This document shows positions 14,245-26,595 of a stretch of 64,000 nucleotides of DNA, in pieces. Position 1 is the stretch's first letter. Every line of letters starts with the position of its first letter. The notes beneath the pieces were generated by a model. That model did not search any database and had not been told where the DNA came from. It was given only the letters and a program-made list of their open reading frames with translations. Made by a program: the position numbers and the translations under genes. The stretch spans positions 118,706 to 182,705 of the forward strand of contig NMRA01000393.1 in NCBI GenBank assembly GCA_002633005.1. Reading direction: 5' to 3'. This DNA is from Phoronis australis. Lineage: Eukaryota > Animalia > Phoronida.

Positions 14245-14700
14245 CAGCATTGTCCCCAAGCCTCGAGATGGAGCTGATCGGTTTAGCCATTTGAGGCTTG
14301 CTTATGGGAATGAAATGTGTCAGAATTCTAACACATTTTTACGGAAATCGTAGGTGATATCGCGAGTAATAAAATTTTTAATTTTCCTCGAGTTTTATAC
14401 AGAAATGAAAACTTAACGACATATTGCCGCAAATTATTGCAAAAAAGATGAATTTTGATTCAAAAACAGATTACTTTTGATGATACTATTAGGAATTGAA
14501 AATAAGTACGCGAACAACCTTTATTTTAAACAATAACCAAAACAATGTCTTCCACGTCATGAATTGTAGCAACAACGCCTGTGAAAATAATTAAATGACG
14601 TCAAGGCAGCGGCCAATCATTGCGCAGAAGGTAATTCCCATAGTCAAGCCTCAAATGGCTAAACCGATCAGCCCCATCTTCAGGCTTGGGGACGAGGCTG
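14245..14700. mobile_element. Non-autonomous TIR element with 10-bp TSD (Academ/AcademH-like); solo TIR copies near 13201, 15085 and 36380
   Basis: About 55-bp TIRs CAG..TGTCCCCAAGCCTC...GAGGCTTG / CAAGCCTC...GCTTGGGGACGAGGCTG, flanked by CATTCTGACT at 14235-14244 and 14701-14710. Superfamily inferred from the YAGCCTCG-type end and TSD length. Confidence 0.8.
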
Positions 14701-16823
14701 CATTCTGACTACACACTTTCACGGTGTTGTTTAACATGGCTTCTCATTTGTTAAAATGATGAAACTGATGTCATAACATTCAGTCATTCGAACTGGTTGA
14801 AATTTTGGAAACCCCTTTCAGTATATTGTTCCGTAGTACGGCTACCACCTTTGACTTGAATAGTTGCAACCCTGATCTAGTAGCTTAAGCCCAAACAAGT
14901 ATAGTGCATAGAAGGCGTATGCAGATGGTGGCAATGTGATCGATAAATTTCTGACCAAGCATGCGCATTGATGCACACCCACGGAATTCCGTGGGTCGTC
15001 CATCATGTTTCCACAGGTAGCACTTTTCAGTATAGGTGGTGCTGTGATAGAGGATATATTCGGACACGTTTGATTTTCCCAAACCAAGCCTGAAATGGCT
15101 AAACCGATAAGCGGCATTTTGAGGACTGGGGACGAGGCGGAGTGCTACCCTGCGTGTCCGGTATGGGAAGAAGACACGCAGGTATCATTCAGCATCACCC
15201 ATTTTATCACTGGTTGGTGTAACCTCAGCGGTCATTGGTTATATGGTACCCTACGTGCCTAGCCAGCACGCAGGTATCGCGCTTCAGTGGCACGCGCTTT
15301 AGCATTGGTTGATGTAACCTCAGCACTTATGTCTCGTTTTCTTGGACTTATTGTTTCTCCGCCAAGCGGAGGCTCCCTCGAGCCCCCCGAGCCCCCCACT
15401 CGGGTGCGCGCATGCAAACAGAAACTCCGTAAATCTTAAATGATACTAGCGTGTCCTCTTCCCCCTAGCGGACACGCAGGGAACCAATTAACGAGAGTGT
15501 TACTATTTTCAATGAGAGCACGTGCTTATGGCTAGATTTTTCACAACTACTGAAGTGATACCCACATAAAGTGAGTTTTAGGAATCCGCAACAGTTGCCA
15601 GTTGTGTGAAAGGTCAAACTCTGATCCTGCTCATGCCGTACACTCGTTATCGGTGAGTATTGTTGCTGAGCAGCCACTGGCAGACTGCACTTTTATTGCT
15701 TTACTAAATCACAACTAGTAGTTATTCCTTCAGGTGAAACGCCTTGTTATCAGCAAAACATAATAAATAATCGATAATGGAAAGCGCCATGGTTGGTTTA
15801 TTCTCAATGTTATGAGCTTCACGTAGTGACACCAGTTGAGTTGATAAAAACAGGTAATCAGGTTTCCCAGGGCGCTAAACTACCAGAAATTTACAGGATA
15901 CTCTGAATATGAGGTGTCCCTCAATTTTCACCATTCTGTCGGTTCAAACAGTATTCACTCTCCAGGACAACACAACTTTCAACCATACCCCGAGTTGCCA
16001 CAATTCTAGGTATCCCCTCCTCCCGTCGCCATCAACTTTGCTTCCCATCTGTTGCCCTCTGTCACAAAGCTGGATCATGTGAACTTAAGGTAAGGGTCCC
16101 GTGACTGCTACAATTTTTGGAGACGCACTCGCACAGAACATGATCAAATTCCCGCCTTACGGTGTTAAATGTTTTTACTTTAGATGTGTTTTGATCGAAA
16201 TGTCTGCGAGAGCTCAATTCTGAAATATATTAAGTTTTGAAGTCGTAGTCAGTGGCAGTTCTGTGTTGCTATAGGGTGCGTGTAACATCTCTTTACGACA
16301 GGACCATTTCCTAAGGTCGTTTGTTCCGTTGTGAGATCTCGAGCAGGCTACCGAAATTCTTACAATTAGGCCCTACGCGCAAAATCTTACTAGTAAAAGG
16401 CGAGTGTTGGTCAGGAGCTTACTTCGCTGGTTCCCGCGACAGGCTTGGGAACAAAAGTTTAGTCTTAGCGCAAGTACCCGCAGGACGTTGGAAGTTTATT
16501 GGAGTGCCATAGTTAACGGTATTGAGACTACAGAAATCATAAGATTGTGGGATGAGAAAGTCGAAGTATGGCATAGTAATCATTGATTCCATTACTTATG
16601 GGACGATTTCCGGCCGCGAGTAGTTTGGCTTGGATCTGCGAAACTCATCGTTGGCAATAGTACTCCGTATCCATGGATAAGGCTCTATTAACTGAACGTT
16701 ATTTTGGTCACTTTATGGTGTCCAAACGTTTGGGTTGTTTAAGTTTGATCTCACTGATGTTGGAGTATAACTAGTACATGATGGTAATCAGTTTACGTAC
16801 TTACTGCCACGAGAGGTTGTGTT

Positions 16824-17000
16824 GTTATGTTTACTGACCCCAGTACACTATAGTTATGTTTACTGACCCCAGTACACTATAGTTATGTTTACTGACCCCA
16901 GTACACTATAGTTATGTTTACTGACCCCAGTACATTATAGTTATGTTTACTGACCCCAGTACACTATAGTTATGTTTACTGACCCCAGTACATTATAGTT
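16824..17000 (+). repeat. 29-bp minisatellite, 6 copies
   Basis: Unit gttatgtttactgaccccagtacaytata. Confidence 0.95.
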
Positions 17001-17365
17001 AAAACGACCCTTCAGCAGCCTTAAGTCACTTAAGCATTTCTTAACTTGAAACCTGTAGGAATGTCCAAATATTACTTTGTTCTAGTGTTAACCAAGGAGG
17101 AGCCTGGTTCATCATCCTTTGACGATGTTACTAGTTACTGGCCGATTAGCGTTAATTTGCAAAGTAACCGTACATGAAGTTATTGATGAGAGAGAATTCA
17201 CTGTTTCTTTTGCAGTGTCTCCCTATTGACTTGTTTTACAAAGCGCGCTCCCCAACATTGATAATCGTACACGTCTGAAGGCTTAACTTATCCAATGAGG
17301 TCCAGTGTCAGTTAACAAGCGTGTTCTAAGCACATTTGAAGATGTTACACGATGTTTATTTGCAG

Positions 17366-17446
17366 AAGATTTTGGAGCCTGGTTTAACCAAGCCACAGAA
17401 ACGCTGAGCAACCATGAAGTGAACGTGAAGTCCCAAGATTTGTGTA
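17366..17446 (+). CDS. RXFP-like: RXFP-like LGR exon: LDLa-LRR linker
   Basis: tgcag|AA...A|gtaag, phase 1-1. Encodes (Q)DFGAWFNQATETLSNHEVNVKSQDLC; the D and W align with the GDxxGW linker motif of RXFP1/2. Confidence 0.78.
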
Positions 17447-17965
17447 GTAAGCGTCACGTTAATTGGTAGAAAAGGGAAAGCGTGGTTCGATTAAACAGAA
17501 CTTGGCAATCCTTATCACTGCAATTATGATTTGGTGTTTCTGTTGTGTTTTAAGTAGCCTTTGATCCCGACCTCTAAATTTGATGGTTTGGTACCTTCTG
17601 GGCGCGCACCTTCTAATTACGGTTTTAAAACACATAGATACCTTTAGTTTTGGTATGATAACAACTTAGAGCTGGTTGGATTTTAGTTGTCATCTACCCT
17701 GTAAATGACCAACCAAAGTATGGTATTTTAATTTCAGAATTATTTGGCTATCTAAATGATGACTCTATGTGAACTTGTGTGTACATGGTTGGATTAGACG
17801 TATTCTTGTATTTTTTGTAACTGTTACATGTACCTGGAGGACAATAGCGTCTGTCCTGATTCAGTTTTAGAGTGACAACTTTGGAAGATAGAAACACCAG
17901 CTAATTTGGTAAAGAATTTCATTATGATTGGTTTTGACTCTTGGTCACCTCGGGGATTTATTATT

Positions 17966-19233
17966 GAACAATCGTACTTGTTAAATTTACTGCTGCCGAC
18001 AACGAAGCATTAATGAATATTGTCAACATTTTCATTCTCCACCTTTTTGTTACTAAATTTGGTGTTGTTTTCCAAATCCACCAAAATAGGATGAACACCT
18101 TAATTCATTCAGAATGGCAAATTCATGGTTTCGGAACCGGCACAGATATCAGATTCCAGGAACTTGTTCTGTTTTGGTATAAATGTAGAAAAATCCAAGT
18201 GAATGACAACCCTTTCCTAAGAACGTTCTTGAAAAGAAACAATAGTCTTGAGATTCGTAGCTGTTTGGACGTCATGTCTCGATCAGAGACCTCTGTCGTC
18301 ATGCTATGGTACTTATGAAAATGACATGTGGTTTTAATGGGAAATTGGAAATTCTGTCTTCCCCCATGAATTAACACACCGAAGTTCTTTTGTTGTTCTA
18401 GTTCATTTCACTTGTGTATGTTTCGCAATCGAAGCGGCTTCTGTAAAAAAATTCCATTAGATGCTGCACTGTTTGAATTTTTTTTTTCGTTCTACCAGCC
18501 GAATTTTCCGCTCAGTTTCCGCTCAATTTACGAATTGTAAAGGTGATGGGAGGCGATTATCTTCCACTTAATACGCCTATGCTNGAAAATTCTGAGACCA
18601 GGCGAACTTTCGTCATGGAACAATCGTACTTGTTAAATTTACTGCTGCCGACAACGAAGCATTAATGAATATTGTCAACATTTTCATTCTCCACCTTTTT
18701 TGTTACTAAATTTGGTGTTGTTTTCCAAATCCACCAAAATAGGATGAACACCTTAATTCATTCAGAATGGCAAATTCCTGGTTTCGGAACCGGCACAGAT
18801 ATCAGATTCCAGGAACTTGTTCTGTTTTGGTATGAATGTAGAAAAATCCAAGTGAATGACAACCCTTTCCTAAGAACGTTCTTGAAAAGAAACAATAGTC
18901 TTGAGATTCGTGGCTGTTTGGACGTCATGTCTCGATCAGAGACCTCTGTCGTCATGCTATGGCACTTGAAAATGACGTGTGGTTTTAATGGGAAATTGGA
19001 AATTCTGTCTTCCCCCATGAATTAACACACCGAAGTTCTTTTGTTGTTCTAGTTCATTTCACTTGTGTATGTTTCGCAATCGAAGCGGCTTCTGTAAAAA
19101 AATTCCATTAGATGCTGCACTGTTTGAATTTTTTTTTCGTTCTACCAGCCGAATTTTCCGCTCAGTTTCCGCTCAATTTAAGAATTGTAAAGGTGATGGG
19201 AGGCGATTATCTTCCACTTAATACGCCTATGCT
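17966..19233. repeat. Near-identical direct duplication (17966-18583 / 18618-19233) across a single N; probable uncollapsed haplotypes
   Basis: Few SNPs between copies, N at 18584, second copy preceded by a transposon terminus. Confidence 0.8.
18585..18617. mobile_element. Terminus of a CATGA-ended DNA transposon (same family as 27482)
   Basis: GAGACCAGGCGAACTTTCGTCATG is the reverse complement (21/24 match) of CATGAGAAAAGCTCGCCTGGTCTC at 27482. Absent from the other copy. Confidence 0.7.
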
Positions 19234-20452
19234 AAAATATGGTTATGCAAAGAATACGCAAGTGATCGAAAACGACGAAAGTCGTTAAAACTTATTTGAA
19301 ACAGTTATGGTTAACTGGAACCGTTGCTCTGCAAAATGTCATGTTCCATTTGAAAATCCAAATGTCTGTCAATAACAAGATTTTTTAAATTACGGCTAAC
19401 TTAACGAGCATGCGCGATACCATTCTGTTAGATGTATTACTAATGATCATTTCCCTATTAGTAGTCAAGAACCTCAAAGTTCATTATATAAGGCAGCCAT
19501 GTTAGAATCAAATATGGCGCCGTTACTAATTGTTTTGACTAAGGAAGACCTAGCGTGTAATGAGCATAACATGTTTATTTTTGCTTCCCGAGTCTCGGAG
19601 CTTCGACTAATTTTTTAAACTTATTCGGTATTGAAAATCACCATGACGACCATTTAGCCAGGAGAATAGACTGGTTATTCATACTAATACATCAAACACG
19701 GATAGTGTTGTGATGTGGTCAAATGTCTCCGACCTAGATGGTGGTCATCATTTGATAAGATCTAAGACTAGAATAAAATCATTTCAACGTAAGCCAAGTT
19801 GAAATCCAGCTTGGTGGCACTCGTTGAAATTGATAATTTTTTTAAATACCTTTGTGTTGTAATTATGCAAGAAGGAAATAACAATGAAAAATTGTCAATT
19901 TATGCGAGCTTTATTTACCCCGTTGTGAACATTGAAATGCATACTGTCATGGCTTCCATCTTGAAGTCACAGATGTTTTCCAATCAAAAGATATTTTGGA
20001 AATGTTATGTTTATCTTAAAACACGATAGTAATATGCGTAGTCATGCAAGTGTTGAGGGGGTATTTAGATTAATGATTCTTGAGGTACAAAATTTTAGTC
20101 TCCACCTACCAATACATGTAGACTAAAACGAGGCGTGAACAGCATGATCATCAAATGCAAATTTGGAGTAGAAACTCGTTTGCATTGCCATAGTGTACTC
20201 GAGCCCAGACTAAGAGACACTTACCTGAAGTACACACAAAAATACAGCGGAAAATGCCAAACATAATTTCGACTGGCTTCTGGCCACTTGCGTGTCAAAC
20301 TTTACTCGAGGATAGACAACAAAATTTGACGAATCGAGTGCTACGCCTCGGGCAACTTGTTTAAGTTCCACGCAAAGTGATTGGTCAATTTTCGAGTGGA
20401 GTCTTGCGAGTTAAGTTTGATGATCACTGCCATTAATGTACATTATTTTCAG

Positions 20453-20561
20453 TTATCAACCACCCCGCCGAGTGCCGCTGTTTTGATAATTCAACTGTTG
20501 ACTGTAGGAAAAGAGGACTTACCTCTGTTCCGACCAACTTATCTCCAGAAACTACAAGATT
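20453..20561 (+). CDS. RXFP-like: RXFP-like LGR exon: LRR N-terminal cap
   Basis: ttcag|TT...TT|gtaag, phase 1-2. Encodes INHPAECRCFDNSTVDCRKRGLTSVPTNLSPETTR (CxC...VDC...LTSVP LRRNT motif). Confidence 0.92.
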
Positions 20562-21532
20562 GTAAGTACTATACATCAGTTTCTGGTAATGAACGGATAC
20601 AATGCAACCATTGCCAAAATTTGTTGTTTTTTTTGCATAATCGCGCTCACCAAGTTGTTCATGTATAACTGTCCCAAGCCTTTATATCAAAAGCAAAGCA
20701 TTGCAATAAAACCTATTTCCAAGTATCTGCTGTACTTCGTACCCGCCGTGTATACACTGTACATTACAGTGTAGCTTGTGTTCTTCATTGACGGACCTCT
20801 CTATATTGTTCATAAGCCAATGAAACGCTCTAAAACAACAACTGAATTAACAAAAGTCAGATGTTATAGACAAGAACGTATACCCTGTAATACCTATGAG
20901 AGTAAGTAACAGAATAAATACAATAAAACCCCCGAGAGAGCAGTGTTGGATTGACCAATTGAAGACACGAGATTAACGATTTGTATTCCTCCTCTCAGTT
21001 TTGTCTTTCCCATGTATGCTAAAAGCAAACCGTCTCTCAAATATCAATCATCAGATCATGCTTAGTTTCATTTTATTGTTTCCATGTTTTATGGGCAAAG
21101 ATTGGTTGATCTCGATGTAATCCCTAGGCTGGTTCAATAAAAGCCCTTGTTTCTAGCATTGTCTCAAGACAACTAGAAATTAACGCATACATTACAGAAA
21201 GCGTACTCGGTGGGGTTTCTCCAGGATGAAGGAATTCGACAAGCCACTTTCTTTTGCGTTTGCTACTTCCACCGTAAAACTTAAAATGTCGAAAATGATC
21301 ATGAATGCGAATTTGACATTTTTCTCTTCAAAACCACAACCTGCCTCTGCTCGGAGGCGGAGACAGTAATCCTAATTTTCTTGCTCTGTAGATTCCAGAA
21401 TATAGTTTAAAATAATACGTCATTATCAATCAGATTTTGTCCATTTTCCATCCGTCTGAAAGGTACATGTACCTGTATCCTCAACGAAAGCCCCACGTTG
21501 AACAAGGAAGTGCTATAAAATGCGGGACTCCT

Positions 21533-21993
21533 GCCTCCCGTTCAGTAATGCTAGGACCTCGCTAAAAAGCAAGACTTCGCGAGATTACGTGAGATATTGC
21601 CGTGCATTTTAAATGAGAACACGTGACGTTGACTAGGTTTTAGCTAGGTCCTAGCGTAGGTCCTAGCGTCTACTGAACGCACGCCCGGTTCCATGTAGAG
21701 CACAGCAGAAGCTAGGCGTGCGTTCAGTAACGCTAGGACCTAACTAAAATCTAGCCAAAGTCACGTGTTCTCATTTAAAATTCACGGCAACATATCACGT
21801 AATCTCGCGAAGTCTTGCTTTTTAGCGAGGTCCTAGCTTAACTGAACGGGAGGCTGGTGTATGTTCAGTAACGCTGGGACCTAGCTAAAATCTAGCCAGT
21901 CACCTGTTCTCATTTAAAATACACGGCAATATCTCACGTAATCTCGCGAAGTCTTGCTATTTAGCGAGGTCCTGGCGTTACCGTACGGGAGGC
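21533..21993. mobile_element. Cluster of three ~140-150 bp MITE copies (21533-21685 inverted relative to 21715-21854 and 21856-21993), Harbinger-like ends
   Basis: Each unit reads GGCGTGCGTTCAGTAACGCTAGGACCT...AGGTCCTAGC...ACTGAACGGGAGGC. A partial copy lies near 12530. Confidence 0.75.
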
Positions 21994-22623
21994 AGATTTT
22001 GTTGTTAGCTTTACCGAAAACAACTTCAAATGACTAATGAATTCCGTTCGTGGCTATGGTTACTGACTGTTCATTTGCCCCATCAAACTAGACGCACTCT
22101 AATGTTTTCAGTTTGGGCGGATTTACTAAGATCAGAACTTAACCGTGACTTAAGACCTGCTGACAATATTTATATTTGAAAATTTCAAATTGTCTTATTT
22201 TTTTCATTATTTTAAGTTTTTGGCAATACTTGAAACGACTATAACTCCCCCATCCGTCACTTTTGATTTAGACTACTTACCGTTACCGATGTTGTCTTGA
22301 ATTGGAACAGTTTTATAGCAGTATGTGACCTAAATGAAAAGTTAGTTTTTTCGACGGAGCGCCACGTTACCAAAACCGGCCGTATGGGGATGGTTGTGGA
22401 TTAAGACAAATTATGGCTTACGGTGAAGCGGATATCATTTACATAAAAATGCACGTGCGACATTTTTTCGGCATTTTGGTGTGGTTGCAACGTTGCTCAG
22501 TTTAGACCCCTTTACGCAGTAGCTTTGGTAGACAACGTGCATATTATTTTAGTGAAATAAGTAGCGTGTAGACACTTTGTTTCGTGTTCATCTCAACGCT
22601 AATCCATCGCGACTCTTTTTCAG

Positions 22624-22695
22624 GGTAATGGGTAGTAACAACTTCAAACTACTCCCGTCCGAAGTGTTCAAAAACCTAAAACAGCTTCGTGTATT
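22624..22695 (+). CDS. RXFP-like: RXFP-like LGR exon: LRR1
   Basis: 72 bp, phase 2-2. Encodes VMGSNNFKLLPSEVFKNLKQLRVL. Confidence 0.9.
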
Positions 22696-22962
22696 GTAAG
22701 TCAAAAATGTTTGTCGTTACTAGACATTTACAACAAACATCTTGAACAAGTAAATACATGGCAAGGTTTTCATTTGCCGCATCAAGTCTTGATCTTTCAA
22801 TTCCTGCTGAAAATGCTTATTCGATACCTGATTAATACGATCTTTTTACTACATTTTCACCGTTCCATGTTCAATCATATTTAGTTTGAAAAGCATGCAA
22901 GCATCTCTGAGAACTATTTTTTTTGAGGTGATCATTGTTTCAATATGATCTCTTATTTACAG

Positions 22963-23034
22963 ATCCCTTGATGAGTGCCACATTCGAACAATATTGCCAA
23001 AGGCTTTTGACGGACTTGAAAACTTGAACACGTT
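22963..23034 (+). CDS. RXFP-like: RXFP-like LGR exon: LRR2
   Basis: 72 bp, phase 2-2. Encodes SLDECHIRTILPKAFDGLENLNTL. Confidence 0.92.
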
Positions 23035-24405
23035 GTAAGTAGTGCTATTCTTTGCATAAGGCACACATACTTCTTTCTACAAAATACGTTGCATGGAATG
23101 TGTAGCCTACGCCATCAGCATTTGTTGCTTTGGATGTTGAGCGGATGTCATCTTTTCATAGGAAACTAAAGGGCTTTACAATACAGCGTGTGTAACGTTG
23201 CGCGTGTAATCTTAGGCGAGGATAAGTATGACTTATATACTGCACAACATTGTCGAGCGTACGTCATCTTTCCGTAGTATAAGCATGACTTATACAGTAC
23301 GTTGCTTAGAAAGTTGAGCCTATGTCATTTGCGTGGAGGTGTAACTGATTGCTACTGTCTAAGGTGAAAACTGACGAAATTCTTCACACAAAGAAGTGCT
23401 CTTGGCAAACCTGGGGCGGAAAATTAAGTTGTAAATAGTAGGATTATACGGCTCCTCAGGATTGAAAGTTATAAGAAAGTTTTGGGATTCCGACAGCTGA
23501 GTAAAATGATGGAAAACAGTTGAATGTTATGTTTTCTAGAATAATGAGTTAATAACATACATGTTCTGCATATGACAAAAAGCACAGCAGGATATCATTG
23601 TTGAGTCTCACTCTCATGTTCCCCGCATTACCCCCACTTCGCATGGAAATGTCAAATAATGAGGGGGGGTCCTGGAAAATCGGTGACTTGCGCTCTAAAA
23701 TTTTATGGAATTTTAAACCGATTAACTTCGTTCCAGAAAATTTGCGCGTATCAAGTTTTCACGTACTTTCAAGACGTATTGAGATATGTCCATTTCCAAG
23801 TGAGTGAAGAAGATAAATGCTAAACATTTTGTGTAAAAATCTTTGCTGCATGTTAAACTGTCTATCTTTCGGTATTTTGCCCTAATGTGGAGAGAAACTG
23901 CACCACCCCACCCTCTTCCCCTCTTTGACCTGCCTAATACACACAAGCCAGTAGCTAACAAGGTTTCGCCCTTAACGCGTACTCTTTATATAAGGGGATG
24001 TGCTCTAAGGCCGCGTTCCTATGCTTTCATTTACTTGCATGTACTAATCCAACCAACGCAACTTGTAACTGGGCTTTACCTACATCACATTTACCTGGAG
24101 AGACATGCTGCTGTACATCGCATACGTGAGGCACAATTACATATCACCCATGCATAAATTTATCCGAGGATGTCGTTCTACACATCGCTAATGGAAACAT
24201 TTTTCGTGAGAGGCACAGTCACACGTTGCATATGAATGGTTTGATCCGGGGAAGTGCAGTTATATATCGCCTTTGGGCGCATTTATTCAGGGACTGAAGC
24301 GTTGTCGCATCACGCCTGTGGTACTATTCATCCATCGAGGCCCCGTTTTAATATTCAGGGCGATGACAGTTACTAATCCTTGTTATGTGGACACATTCTT
24401 TTCAG

Positions 24406-24477
24406 GATGTTGGACAACAACTCATTGGAAACTTTCGCAAGAGACACTTTTACGCACACTCCAAAATTGAAGTGGCT
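24406..24477 (+). CDS. RXFP-like: RXFP-like LGR exon: LRR3
   Basis: 72 bp, phase 2-2. Encodes MLDNNSLETFARDTFTHTPKLKWL. Confidence 0.92.
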
Positions 24478-24862
24478 GTAAGTATCAAGTTTTTCTTCTA
24501 TTTGTGTATGCAATATTCCATTAAGAGTGTTAATATACCGATACTTCTGTCCTCTGATTGGCTAAAATTCAGTATAATAACTTCCGTTATGAGATGGTTA
24601 GACTAGTTAGACATGGAATATCACTTTGTTTAGGCCACTCGGACGTAAGATGTCGTTCTTCGTGATCTGAGCAATTACAATCTGCAGAAATAAACCAATG
24701 ATTGTATAAAGAAAGCGAGCTGACGGTGACAGTACATGAGACCAAACAAGAATTTGCCGAATGTCACCTTCGTGAAAGGCAAATCTTGTTAATATAATTA
24801 ATAAGCAAAATATTCGTGTCAAAGATGTTACGTGCAGTGTTGACTGATTGTCCCTTCAACAG

Positions 24863-24934
24863 GTTTATTAGTCACAACAGAATGGAACATCTACGGATCG
24901 ACAGTTTTAAGGGTCTTCACCTCTTACAGTGGAT
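24863..24934 (+). CDS. RXFP-like: RXFP-like LGR exon: LRR4
   Basis: 72 bp, phase 2-2. Encodes FISHNRMEHLRIDSFKGLHLLQWI. Confidence 0.92.
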
Positions 24935-25163
24935 GTAAGCATTTTGTCAATTTCTCGTGTTACCATTTCTCCAGCCACGCCCCCATTGAGCACGTGCATC
25001 AGTGTATTCTAGCGGATTGTCGGACCGACCTTAAGCAACTGGAAACTGGGACGTAAATATTACGTCCTATGTTGTCATTCTGGTGAAGCTTATCTTATAT
25101 CTAATTTTGATAACTTGTCGTTTAATTAAATATACATTGTGTTGCACATTTTTATTATCAGTG

Positions 25164-25432
25164 CATGCGTGCACCCAGGGGGGGCTCGGGGGACTCGAAC
25201 GAGCACCCCCCCCCCCCATTTGGCGAAGTGGATAAAAAGGTCCGCCTCAGAGAAACAAAAAGTCCGAGAAAATGAGACAAAAGTCCACTAAAAAGGCGCA
25301 GACGCACAGTTCACAGTTCTGAATGTGGTACCCCGTTTTTTTAGTCCTCCCGCTTTTTTGTTAGCAAAAGTTCCACTTCGTCAGAAATTCGAACCGCCCC
25401 TCCCCCCCTATTAAAGGCTGGGTGAGCGCTTG
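25164..25432. mobile_element. hAT-like MITE with imperfect 5-bp TSD (CAGTG/CAATG)
   Basis: CATGCGTGCACCCAG ... CTGGGTGAGCGCTTG ends with G/C-run subterminals. Confidence 0.55.
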
Positions 25433-25604
25433 CAATGCATAATTAACATTCAATGCGTTGTCTCCGAGAGTGGTCGCTGAGTACACCAATGAATGGAAAA
25501 CGTTTTGCACGAAATGCAAGATTGTCTCGAAATCAAGCAGATCATGTGTAGTTAAGACAGTCCAAACGGTGGCGCTAGGTGTTTACTCGTACTTTTTGTT
25601 TTAG

Positions 25605-25670
25605 TTCTTTACTCAACAACCGCCTCACGCTTGATGATGACTTTCCAATGTCCGTCACTCTGAGTTGGCT
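25605..25670 (+). CDS. RXFP-like: RXFP-like LGR exon: LRR5 (short, 66 bp)
   Basis: ttag|T...CT|gtaagt, phase 2-2. Encodes SLLNNRLTLDDDFPMSVTLSWL. Confidence 0.82.
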
Positions 25671-26067
25671 GTAAGTATTTGGTGACTTTCCAACGTGCAG
25701 TGCTCTGTGTTGGCTGTAAGTATTTGGTGACTGTCCAACGTGCAGTGCTCTGTGTTGGCTGTAAGTATTTGGTGACTGTCCAACGTGCAGTGCTCTGTGT
25801 TGGCTGTAAGTATTTGGTGACTGTCCAACGTGCAGTGCTCTGTGTTGGCTGTAAGTATTTGGTGACTGTCCAACGTGCAGTGCTCTGTGTTGGCTGTAAG
25901 TATTTGGTGACTGTCCAACGTGCAGTGCTCTGTGTTGGCTGTAAGTATTTGGTGACTTTCCAACCTGCAGTGCTCTGTGTTGGCTGTAAGTATTTGGTGA
26001 CTGTCCAACCTGCAGTGCTCTGTGTTGGCTGTAAGTATTTGGTGACTGTCCAACCTGCAGTGCTCTG
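25636..26067 (+). repeat. 45-bp minisatellite derived from the LRR5 exon/intron junction, about 9.6 copies
   Basis: Unit ggtgactktccaacstgcagtgctctgtgttggct|gtaagtattt. The first, diverged unit is the 3' 35 bp of the exon itself plus its donor. Confidence 0.95.
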
Positions 26068-26595
26068 CTATCCTTTTAGTGAGTGACATGTATGTAAAGG
26101 ATAAACAAAAGTAAAATTCATTTGCCTACTACATATTCTAAATTACGCCATAAACATGTTCTTCTTTCAAGTGGTGCGTTTTCATGCCTTCAACATAACA
26201 GAAACATACCTTCATATAAAAATAACGGTTTCAGCATATAATGTGACCAAATATTAATGTTCAGAACTAAGATCTCGAAAACGTTGTTATTGTTTTCGAA
26301 GTTGCCATTTCGTTTTCATTTTATGCAACTTTTCATTTTTTTTTTTCATAAAAATCATCAAAGTCCAATTTCTTATAGCTCCTCGTACTAAAGTGGAAAG
26401 TTTAAAAATCCATTCAGTTATTGAGCATTTGTTACACCATAGCATCGGAAAGTTTCCGCACCAAGCGAAGAGTCGTCACTTTTAAGACTATCGGCCATTC
26501 GGACTTTCGGAGCAATGCACTTCGGACTCGGGGAAAATAGGTTGATCATTGTCTCTTGATGTCAGATAAATATGGTGAAATCACTTACTGAGAGA

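Noticed and set aside
16824-17000. 29-bp repeats as a CRISPR array
   Set aside because: Head-to-tail units with no spacers, in a eukaryotic intron.
18013-19025. 101-aa and 117-aa ORF pair
   Set aside because: Lies in a haplotype duplication, the reading frames differ by an indel and a stop between copies, and no recognisable domain.
25655-26089. 144-aa and 135-aa repetitive ORFs on both strands
   Set aside because: By-products of the 45-bp minisatellite being a multiple of three.
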